Assembly (NCBI GenBank): GCA_043228905.1
Contig: JBHGNT010000015.1
Span: forward strand, 5,456,001-5,520,000
Direction of reading: 5' to 3'
Origin: Azolla caroliniana
Taxonomy: Eukaryota; Plantae; Polypodiophyta
DNA length: 64,000 bases
Position numbers and translations under genes: made by a program. The notes below the pieces were generated by a model that saw only the letters and a list, made by a program, of their open reading frames with translations, did not search any database and had not been told where the DNA came from. Position 1 is the first letter of the stretch; the number at the start of each line of letters is the position of its first letter. This document shows, piece after piece, positions 23,014 to 33,473 of the stretch.

Positions 23014-26000
23014 AGAGGGCTGCCAAGGCGTGGGGCCGAGACAGCCCGGACACTCGGGAAAGACCCCACGACTATATGATAGAACCGAAACCGAAGGAAC
23101 CTTGTACGATAGGTAGGAAATTTTGCTTCTCCAACAACGGAGGGTGTATGATAGTCGGCATCGTTGGCCGAGAAAAGACAAGGGCGGAAGTGCGACTTCG
23201 AGCATGCGGAGTTCTCGGCCCGGACGAGGAAATCAGCGGAGCCGTGGAGGCGGTCTCCTTCGACGACACCTTGGGAATGCTGAGGAAGGTAGCCGGAGAA
23301 GACCTTAACGAAGACCGGACGATACCGGTATGTTCCGAAGAGATGTACGAAGTCATCGCGAACTTCAGTCGGGGGCTCGGGTCGGATCGGACGGCCCGAG
23401 TTAGCACAAAGTACAAGACTGTGAATCGGAAGGTAAGGCCAGTCGCGGCACCCTTACCGGAGGGCAGCGAGTCCCGGATCAGAGGGGTTGCGTCGGACCC
23501 CAGTTTATGAGATCCGGCCTGCATAGGACACACCTTCACCAACGGGACGCTCCGGGAGCTCAAAATCGGTGGGGGCGGGTTCCTACTGCCGGCGGAGGAA
23601 GACTGGTTTCGGAGGATGCTCAGAAGGCACGGGAAAGCCTTCGCATTCTCACCGGAAGAGATCGGGTGCGTAGACCCGACGATCGTGGAGCCGATGGTGA
23701 TATTCACGGTACCGCATGTGCCGTGGAATCTCAAGCCGATTCCGATACCGAGAGCTCACATCCCGAAGTTGATGGAGCTATTGAGGCAAAAAGTAGATAT
23801 GGGCATTCTCGAACCGTCGAGTGTCCCATACTCGAACCGATGGTTTACCGTACCGAAGAAAAACGGAACATTGCGCTTCATTCAAGACCTGCAGCCGGTC
23901 AACAGAGTGACCATTCGGAACGCAGGAATCGGACCGACCATAGACGAGTTCGCGGAGGCCTTCGCCGGAAGGTCGATTTACTCGGTCAGTGATCTGTACT
24001 CAGGGTACGACCAGTTCCAGCTAGCCGTGGAGAGTAGAGACATTACGACGATGCGAACTCCCCTCGGCCTAGTGCGAATGTGTACCCTGCCACAAGGAGG
24101 GACTAACTCGGTGGCCCACATGGTGAATGCAATGAACAAGGTACTGAGGGATTGTATCCCGGACATCACCATGCCGTTTCTAGACGACATCCCGATCAAG
24201 GGGTGCCCGGTGGAAGAGAAGGACGAGACATTCGGGCCGGACGGATGCCGGCGATTCGTGGCAGCACACATCGATCACTGCGAGAAGGTGCTACAAAGGC
24301 TAGAGGATGCAAGGCTCACCTTCTCCGGGGAGAAATCGGCCTTCGGGCAGTCAGAAATCTTAGTGGTCGGACACCTATGTGGACCATATGGCCGGAAGCC
24401 GTCTCCGGCAAAGGTAGAAGCCATCTCCGCGATGAAGACCGACTGTAGCTCGGTTACGGAAGTTCGGAGGTTCCTGGGGGCATGCGCGTTCTACCACATA
24501 TGGATCCCGCATTACGCCCACGTTGCAGAGCCTCTATACGGGTTGCTGAAGAAAGGGTGAAAATTCGAATGGCGAGACGAGCACACGGAGTCGGTCCGGA
24601 AGCTGAAGGAAGCTCTTGCGGCAGCACCGGCGCTCCGGAAGGCTATCTACGAGAAGGGTACCCCGGTATACATAACGGTGGATACAAGTCCGACCGGGAT
24701 CGGATGGGTCGTCAACCAAGAAGACGGGGACGACATTCGGTTCCCGATCCGATTCGGCGCGAAGGTCCTCAGTGAGCGACAGCGAGGGTACGCCCAGGTT
24801 AAACGCGAACTCTGGGGTATCGTTTCGGCAATAAAGGCCGACAAAGACTACCTGATCGGGACGGAAGTGATTATCGAGACGGATTGCCTGCCAATTCTCG
24901 GCATGGTTTCTGGATGCGCGACACCGGACCTGGCGATGCTCAGGTGGATAGCGTACATCAAGTCCCTGGACCCGGAAATACGACACATTTCCGGAAAGGA
25001 CAACGCCATGGCCGACATGCTTTCGAGGGCGAGGTTTGATAACGAGGGCGGCATGGTTTCGGAGGACGAAGAAGTCGGCGTGGACTTCTTCGAGGCGGCG
25101 TATGTGACGACCGATGGGACGAGCACTCCGGCACTTAACGACTTCGACGAGAGCAAGTACGACGGCGAGTGGCTCCAGATCGGTGGTTTCTTGAGGACAA
25201 TGACGCCGGATGCGTCGTGGACGAGGGACGAGGCCAACCGGATCTGGAAGAAAGCATACCGATTCTTTCTCCGGGACGGATACTTATGGAAGCACCCGAA
25301 GAAGAGGAACGGCGTCTCGCTCCGGGTGGTGGCAATGAAGGAAGAACAGGAGGAGCTGCTGACGGCCTACCACGACAGCCCTTGGGCTGGACACCGTGGA
25401 ACGTGGGCCACGTTCGAGAAGATAAAGGGGAAGTACTGGTGGCCGGAACTGTACCGGGACGTGCATCGGTTCGTGACAACTTGCGAGAGCTGTCAGATGC
25501 ACTCCATAGTCGGACATCGGGACGAGCTTCACCCTACGTACCTGCCGACCATCCACTTCAAATGGATGGTAGATCTGGTGACGATGCCGATGGGAGTAGG
25601 ACAGATGCGGTACCTGGTCCTGGCTCGGGAATATCTGACGAACCAGGTGGAAGGCCGAGCCCTTCAGAACAAAACGACCGCGGCCGTATGTCGGTTCCTG
25701 ATCGAGGACGTGATATGCCGGTACGGGTGCGTCAGGAAGATCGTGGCTGATCGCGGGGAGTTGGACGCCGAAGAGGCCGAGGAGTTGTTCGACCGGCTAG
25801 GAGTCAAGCTCTCGCTTACCACTGCGTACAATCCGGAGGCGAATGGGAAGGTGGAGCGCGGACACGGACCGATCGTCAAGGCGTTAGTTCGGGCATGCGG
25901 GGGGCAAGTCGGGAACTGGTCGCGGCTGCTGCCTTACGCGTTGTGGGCTGACCGAACTACACACAGTTCGGTAACCGGATTCATGCCGGCAGAGCTCATG

Positions 26001-26470
26001 TTTGGGCAGAAGCCGATCATGCCGATGGAACGTACGATCTCCTCGTGGGCAACCGTGGACTGGAGAGACGAGATGAGCCGGGAGGAACTGTTGGCGGCGC
26101 GCATACGACAGCTCGAGCGAAGACCGGAGGACGTGGAGCAGGCCGCGGGAAAGCTTCGGGTGGCAAGGACGAGGAACAAAGCCCGGTTCGACCGAACGCA
26201 CTGGCTCCGACCGAAGAAGATCGAGGAAGGCGACTAGGTGCTAGTCTACGACAGCAACCTCGACAACCAGCACCGAGTGACACGGAAGTTCGCAAGAAGG
26301 TGTTTCAGGCCTTACGTGGTCCAAAGCGCCAACGACAATGGGACGTACCATCTGGCGGAACTCGACGGCACGAGAATGGCGATACCGGTAGCTGGGAAGC
26401 GGATCAAAGCGTTCAAGAAGCATCACGACGACGAGCCGGATCCGGTTAACCTGGACCGCGACGACGAGTG
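23004..26470 (+). pseudogene. RT-RNase H-integrase ORF of the outer Gypsy with nonsense mutations
   Basis: Same-frame ORFs 22905-23510, 23616-24560 and 24678-26237, with a C-terminal piece 26238-26470, carry RT (DLYSGYDQ, LPQGGTNS, FLDD), RH and INT motifs. Breaks are mostly transition-type stops. Confidence 0.92.
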
Positions 26471-27173
26471 ATCCGAAACCGAGGAAGAACCGACGGGCGG
26501 GGAATGAAGGCTGGACGGGTTTTCTCCGTCCCAACTCAATTTGGTGCATGCCGGTGGATGCGCAGTTAGGTGGGGCCGGATGTCGTGAAGAAAATCGTCC
26601 ACAAGCGGAATCGGTGCACCGGAGCGTAGGAACCGGCTCTTCATGCACGATCCTCGGTAGGTAGGAAGTTAATAGGAAACGGCTCCTTCCTTGCCTATAA
26701 AAGGAGGGAGACGAGGAGGGGAATAGGGATCGCAAAGTAAGAGAGGAAGAAGTGTTGTCGGATTGTGGGCCGAAGGCTTCTCTCTCTTCCAAACTCCATA
26801 GCTTCTTTCTGTGCAGGTTTCGGGAGGCTCACGCTACTCTGAGGAATGCCCGAGTGCTTCCGGCAGCACCTCCAACCTACTTCTTTCTTTCTGTGCGTTT
26901 ACGAACAGGCATCGGCATCTGTTCGCTGGCCTATTTGGTTGTAACCGACTTCGTGTTTTTATTGTTTGTCTCTGTTAATATATACATACATTCCTTCGTG
27001 TCTCTCTGTGTTGGTTTCCCGCTCGCGTCTTCGTGTCGAAGGGCCGTGTCCCTGTGGATCTACGCTCGCACCTAGTGGACCTCTTCCCTTCTCCTTTCTC
27101 TCTTGCTCTTCGGTACAAGACCCCCGAGGTCCCGCCTCATTCCACGCATCCGCGAGGAATACCTCGACACCGT

Positions 27174-27945
27174 GTCAGTACAACAATCCTCTATCCTTTG
27201 TGTCGCTCACGTATCGCAATATTTGAGTCACACACTGAAGGTGCTCGACAGTCGATCTCTGCATGTCGACTGTTTCTTGCTACTCCAGGTTATAGCCACG
27301 CTCCCAAGAGAAAACATGAAACCTGATGTCGATCTTGATCTATCGCATTGCCGGACCAATCGGCATCAGTATAGTCGACTAGCTATTCGGTTATACCGTG
27401 TCGATACAAAAATCCTCGATCCTTCATGCCGCTCAGATACCTCAATATTTGAGTCACGCACTAAAGGTGCTCGACAGTTGATCTCCGCATGTCGACTATT
27501 TCTTGCTACTCTAGGTTATAGCCACGCTCCCAAGAGAAAACATGAAACCTGATGTCAATCTCAATCTATCGCATCACCGGACCAATCGGCATCAGTATAG
27601 CCGACTAGTTGTTCGGTTATACCGTGTCGATACAACAATCCTCGATCCTTCATGTTGCTCACATACCACAATATTTGAGTCACGCACTAAAGGTGCTCGA
27701 CAGTCGATCTCTGCATGTCGACTGTTTCTTGCTACTCCAGGTTATAGCCACACTCCCAAGAGAAAACATGAAACCTGATGTCGATCTCGATCTGCCGCAT
27801 CGCCGACCCAATCGGCATCAGTATAGCCGACTAGTTGTTCAGTTATACCATGTCAGTACATCAATCCTTGATCCTTCATGCCGCTCACGTATCGCAATAT
27901 TTGTGTCACGCACTAAAGGTGCTCAACAGTCGATCTCTGCATGAA
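27174..27945 (-). repeat. Tandem 226-bp duplication (~3.4 units plus parent copy at 14480-14610) of the copia RT/RNase H junction
   Basis: gaaaacatgaaacctgatgtc recurs at 27310, 27536 and 27762 (period 226), and at 14521. Confidence 0.92.
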
Positions 27946-29047
27946 CTAACTTATCACACCGACTAGATAGCTAAGGTCGGGTTGGGTCATAGTTAAATAT
28001 ATGAGGCTCCCGACAATTTGTTAGAACCGTTTCTCATCACAGGCCGCTCCCGAGTCGGGACGTAGCTTCAAGTTTCTATCGAGAGGAGTAGAGACGGCGG
28101 AATTTTGTCATCCTGAACATGTGCAACATATTCAAGACATAGTGTAGTTGAGTTAGCAATATGTTGTTGGAGGTGTGGATCACTTCGATCCCTAGGAAGT
28201 AGTGAAGATCCCCCAGGTCCTTCATCTCAAATGTGTCCGACAATTGGGACTTTATTCGGCCTATTTCAACAAGATCAGGACTAGTGACGACCAAGTTGTC
28301 TACATACAACAAAATGCAAACCAGACCTTTTGGACCTTTCCGAATGAACAGAGAAGAGTTAGATTTGGAGACCAGAAACCCCATCTTATGCAATTGGTGC
28401 GTGTTTTTTGAATTCCAAGCATGGGGAGCTTGCTTAAGGCCATAAAGTGACTTCTTGAGTTGTCATACTGCTGATTTGTTGATCTCCGACTGAAAACTAG
28501 GGGGTTGGACCATAAATACCTATTCTTCAAGATCGCCTTTAAGAAACATGTTTTTGACGTCCATCTGGTGGAGATGCCACCCCCTTACTGTTGCGACTGC
28601 CAACACCACACGAACCATCGTCATCTTCACTATTGGTGTGAAGGTCTCATTGTAGTCGATGTCATGGGTATGTGCATATCCTTTGGCCACCAATTAGGCC
28701 TTGTATCAATTGACCGAATTGTCGGCGTTGTATTTCACTTTGTATACCCACTTACATCTGATCAGTTTGTAGTGTCGGGGAGGGTCAACCAAGTCCCATG
28801 TGTCGTTGGCATCCTGTGCCTGCATTTCTTCCTCCACCGAACGCCATTTGGCATCTTGCGATGCCTCCACATGGCTCTTCGACTCGCGGACTACAACCAC
28901 TTTCATCATGTATGCATAATGGTGCGCCATGTACTTGTTATAAACATACCGGATGTTGAGAATCGGCCGGCCACAACTGGCTAGCACGCATGCGAATATG
29001 AGTGCAAAGATCATGAATGACAGTATACAGACAACCGGCTAGCACGT

Positions 29048-29960
29048 TGTCACGGAAATCCACGCATGCGTGTCGGAAATGGCGGGACCACAGGGGGGCT
29101 TGGTTAGGAGAAAGAAGAAGAGATTAACACGGAAAGAGAAGTAGATTGAGACAAGATACATCAACAAATTACATTAAGAAACCACCATATGATTTACAAC
29201 CATGGCCATATTGGCCATATGCAAACACCACTAGATCGAACCCTAATGGGATAGGTAAGAAGAAGAAGAATGAAACCCTAAAACCGAAACCCTAATGGTC
29301 TAACCAAACCCACAAAATGGCAACCCAAAGAAACCTAAAAGTGGAAGCCCTTTATAAAATAGGGTTTGATTACAATGTGGTGACTTCTAGTTAACCACAA
29401 GCTTAACAAATTACAAATAGTGAATGCCCTTCGAGACAAGAGTAAATCCGAACACCAAGCACGAACACAAAGAAGACGGGCACACGGGCACACGAGCACA
29501 CCACACCACACCACAAAAATGTCGACCCCAACGAACCACGACCACCTGAACGGTGAGCACACGGGCTCACAACAACGAACGGGGGCAAAGCAACACCGAA
29601 CCAAGTAGGCTCGGGCTCACGAGCACCGTAAACGACTTGAGCACTTCGAGTGCCAACATGAAGAACACGAGCACGTGGCGATGAGGGGATGAAGGGGTAT
29701 GAGATGAAGAAAAATGATGAAGATGAAGATGAAGAGCTCCGAAAGAAAAATGGCGGTAGTCTCCTCCTCCCAAAAACGTCCCCCCCAATGAGCCCCCCTC
29801 GACCTCCTTTTATAGGAAAAAAAGGAAGGGGGGTCGCCACATTCGTCTTCAATGCAAAAGGAATAAAATTCCTTAAATCACGGTACATTGCCAAATCGGA
29901 TTTGAACCATGCACCTTTAGCTAGGAGTCAATATTTTTATCCACTAGCCCATTAACTCTC
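29048..29960 (-). mobile_element. Partial LTR of another retroelement
   Basis: Terminus tgtcacgg at the break of C4, and a minus-strand TATA cctataaaagg at ~29805-29815 followed by a CT-rich leader. The other end is not identified. Confidence 0.5.
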
Positions 29961-30406
29961 TGTTAAGAATTAGGTAAGTAATTATGGGTTAATTAATACC
30001 TAATTATGTGATTAAGTTAATAAGCGGAAGATTATGTGATATGTGTGTGTATGTGTGTGAGAGGAAGAGAGAGAGAGAGAGAGACTTATGAACAACACAA
30101 GATGGGGGATGAGTGACTATATTAAATTAGCATTAGCTTCATCATCATCAAATACAAAAATACCATCAATGAGGTATATATAGATCTCATGTGCAAGGGT
30201 GCACATGTGTGAGGAGAATATAGGTACAACCGTGTAAGTCCTATATTAAATGACCTTGGGAGTGGAGGATCTAGAATATCCTACTTAAGTACAAGGTCCT
30301 ATTTAAGGCGTTATAGTCAACACTTCTAACTAGATTATATCTAGGTAACTACGAAGTTACATGGTTGACTAACTAACTAAACTAAGTTGAGCTTGATCTC
30401 TCAACA
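29961..30406 (-). mobile_element. Solo LTR with intact TSD
   Basis: Termini tgttaaga...tctcaaca flanked by the 5-bp TSD ctctc (29956-29960 / 30407-30411). Confidence 0.75.
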
Positions 30407-31574
30407 CTCTCTATTATAATATATTCCTATTAATCTATAGATGGACAGTGTATCTCCTCTCTCTTACCTTTCACCTTTCCTCTCTCTTACTCCTCGGCAA
30501 CCTCGCACCACAGTTTGGTACAATGAAACCGGCATCTTAGCAAGGGAGAATCCTCCCTCTTTCTTCGATCTTCAAGGAGTAATGTCTCGGAAGGCCACAT
30601 GCTCTACACACACTCAGATGGAGGAAGAGGACATGACCCTCCAATAAGAGGCCGATTCGGCCAAGGACGAGGCGGACGAGATCCGACCTATGAAAACAAC
30701 TCCCAATTTCTCCAAGAAAGCGGAAACAATTGAGGAACGTTCGGAAAAAGGGGGAGCTTCCATGATGGTCCAAGCCGACAAAACTCAATTGAGTGCGAAT
30801 ATTGCGGCAAAATCGGTCACCACGAAGAAGAGTGTTGAAAGAAGTGTGAGTCCGCCAACACAAGCCGACAACTCACCAATTACGCCACCAACTCCGACTA
30901 TGACGACCATGGTGGAATGTTCGTGATGAGACATAGAGAACATTTTATGTCGGCCTCTATTTCAACTAATGGCTCCAATCCAGAATACGTATGGTTCGTC
31001 GACTCCGGTGCCTCGAAGCATATGACGTCTCATCAAGAATGGTTCTGAGAATTGCATGAGTCGGATCGACCCAACTATGTCGACACCGGAGATGATACCA
31101 GTCATCTGAAATGACGCGTCGGCAATGTCCCATTCGGAAAGAAGGCAATGAGACATACATTAAAAACGTCTTGCATGTACCAACCATCATGAAGAATTTG
31201 GTCTCAATCGGCCAGTTTGTGGAGCAAGGGATGCAAGTCCGTTTCAACCAAGGTGGTTGCTTCATCGAGAAGGAATGTCAACTTATCGCTCGTGGTCGAA
31301 GGGAAAGCCGATTATTTATCCTCAAGTCGAATGAGGTAAAGTTGGCCATGTTTGCAAAGGACCTTAAGGTCGATAATGACATAAATCTATGGCATAAAAG
31401 AATAGGCCATATCAACCTCCAAAAGCTTAAGGGGATGCAATCAAAAGGAGTCATCATCGGGCTTCCGACCTTTAAAAGAGAAGGAGATTGAAGGTCTATG
31501 TTAAGCTTGCCAATTCGGCACACATTTCCAAACGAGCGGAACGTGAGCAATGGCCTCCTAGATGTGATCCACTC

Positions 31575-32401
31575 CATGGTTGTTTACGTACCCGTATTTA
31601 ACGTTTAAATACGTATAGTACCTCATCATTTGTATAGTACGTACTATACCTCAATGTTGTTCAATCAAATATCATGTACATTTGTCCAATATAGTATTTA
31701 ACGTATTTATAAGAAAACAGGTATAATACGTATTTATAAAGAAAATGTAAGTAAAACCCTAACAAAAAGCAAAAGAAAAAACAGATTTTAGTGAAAAAGA
31801 AGCCAAAGGAAGGAAGAAAGAAGAATAGAAGAGACGACGATGAAGAAGATGAAGAAGATGAAGATGAAGAAGAGAGAAAAGAAGACATCAACCTATCTTG
31901 AGTGTGATAATCGCAGAAGATAGAAGAAGAAGAAGAAGAAGAAAACGAAGAAAAGAGAAACCTATCATGAGTGTGATAATCGTAGACAATTCCTCAATCT
32001 ATAAAGGCATAACTGTAAATAATTACAATTTGAAGTAGAACATCGTGATACACACTTACATTGATTTATAGAATAAGGGAATGTCAACATCCATATTACT
32101 ACAAGTATTTTAGGATGTGAAATTTTCAAATGTCTTATATGCATTTTAGGATGTAGAACTATATTGTACATCATAAAATTGTGTAAACATAGATGTTTTT
32201 TACAATATTATAGATATTATTTAGAAAGGTAAATAATTTTCAAATTCTAGAAGTATTTAACGTACTATACGTATTTTATAAGTATTTAACATATTAAGAA
32301 AACGTATTTAACGTATTTTTAAATTGGGAGGTACTATACGGGTATTAATACGTTAAATACGTATGGTATCTGTATCGTACCTAACGTACCTAACAACCTT
32401 G
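31575..32401. mobile_element. Non-autonomous hAT-type DNA transposon (MITE)
   Basis: 8-bp TSD atccactc (31567-31574 / 32402-32409) and TIRs catggttgtt / aacaaccttg (1 mismatch). Subterminal tatttaacgta/tacgta repeats. It splits the copia motif IHSD exactly. Confidence 0.88.
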
Positions 32402-33473
32402 ATCCACTCAGACATGTGGGGACAGGCTCAAACAACCACATTCGGAGGATGTCGATACATCGTCACCTTCATCGACGACTTCTCTAGGCACACATGGATC
32501 TTTCCCTTGAGGCAGAAGAGTGAAGTGTTCACACACTTCCAAAAATTCAAAAGTGAAGTCGAAAAGACAACCGACCGCCATGTACGATGTCTTCGGTCAA
32601 ACGGAGCAAAGGAATACTTCTCCGATGCAGTCACACCATACCTTTGCCAGGAAGGAATCAAGCAAGAATTCACTTGTAGGCACATATCGCAACAGAATAG
32701 TGTAGCCGAACACAAGAATCAGCACATCCTCGAAGTACCAAGGGTCATGCTGAACGAGAAGCATATGCCCAAGTCATATTGGGCAAAACCTGTAAATATT
32801 GTCATCTACCTCATGAATCGGTGCAAAACATCCGGACTACATGATATAACCCCACACGAGAAGTACTATAGAAAGAAACCAGAGCTATCCCATGTAAGGA
32901 TATTCGGCTCAATCGCATACGTGCACATTCCTCACGAAAAGCGGCAAAATCTCGATCCCAAGTCTGAGAAGTGTATCGTCGTAGGGTACTGACTAGAGCA
33001 AGAGGGGTACAAGTTCTTTAACCCCTCTACTCGGAAGGTTCGTGTGAGTTGGGATGTAGTCTTTGACGAATCAACGTCATGGCATGAACCTAAGACAACT
33101 CCTCTTGAACCATCTACGAAAGACCTTGACAACACAAAAGACAATGATCAACAAAGGTCAATATCCACGGAGAGTCTGATCTCAACTAGATTGAGCGGAC
33201 CACAAGAGCCTCCAAACGACCGAAGCACATCTACGTCGAGTCCAAAGATGGACAAAGGGAAGGAAAAAATGTCGGAGTATGAAGATGATCCATCTGACGG
33301 CAACAAATCAAGTCACTCACTCGATAGTGAGTTTAGTGCCTTTGATGTGTCTCTTATGAGGAAACCTAGTATGCAGAAAGCCATTGCCATGGCAAATGAA
33401 AAACTTCGTCACTCCACTTGTGAGAAGAATCCATATAGTTGATTCGGCTACGAGTATATGGCATACCATTATG

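Larger units (their letters stand above)
14611..27169 (+). mobile_element. Full-length GC-rich Ty3/gypsy non-chromovirus (Phygy/Selgy-like by inference), tRNA-Trp primed, with a few inactivating mutations
   Basis: 589-bp LTRs tgtcg...cgaca (5' LTR = 14611-14799 + 20475-20874; 3' LTR = 26581-27169), 4-bp TSD ccgt, PBS 20878-20895 and a G-rich PPT before 26581. Coding motifs: zinc knuckle CM*CDEVGHIRKDC, PR LVDHGSE, RT PFLDDIPIKG, RH DTSPTGIG, INT H..GH..CESC/DLV/DRGE/E. Confidence 0.95.
12593..29030 (-). mobile_element. Ty1/copia element C4 (3' LTR 12593-13052, PPT, RNase H, RT), same family as C3, split by nested insertions
   Basis: The minus-strand LTR is homologous to 10365-10811, and PPT agggggag lies at 13053-13060. 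RNase H motifs (ADIFTK, NPVFHARMKHIEVHYHFVR) are at 14100-14480. RT motifs (YVDNLVV, FEMKDLG, CKWVYKVK) are at 27950-28980. Confidence 0.85.

Noticed and set aside
20550-26800. Numerous long overlapping/antisense ORFs (e.g. 21389-22210, 23072-23734, 25169-25750)
   Set aside because: Shadow ORFs expected in GC-rich coding DNA; they have no motifs and are Arg/Pro/Ser-rich.
27174-27945. CRISPR-like periodic array
   Set aside because: Whole units repeat without unique spacers, they derive from copia pol, and the context is eukaryotic.
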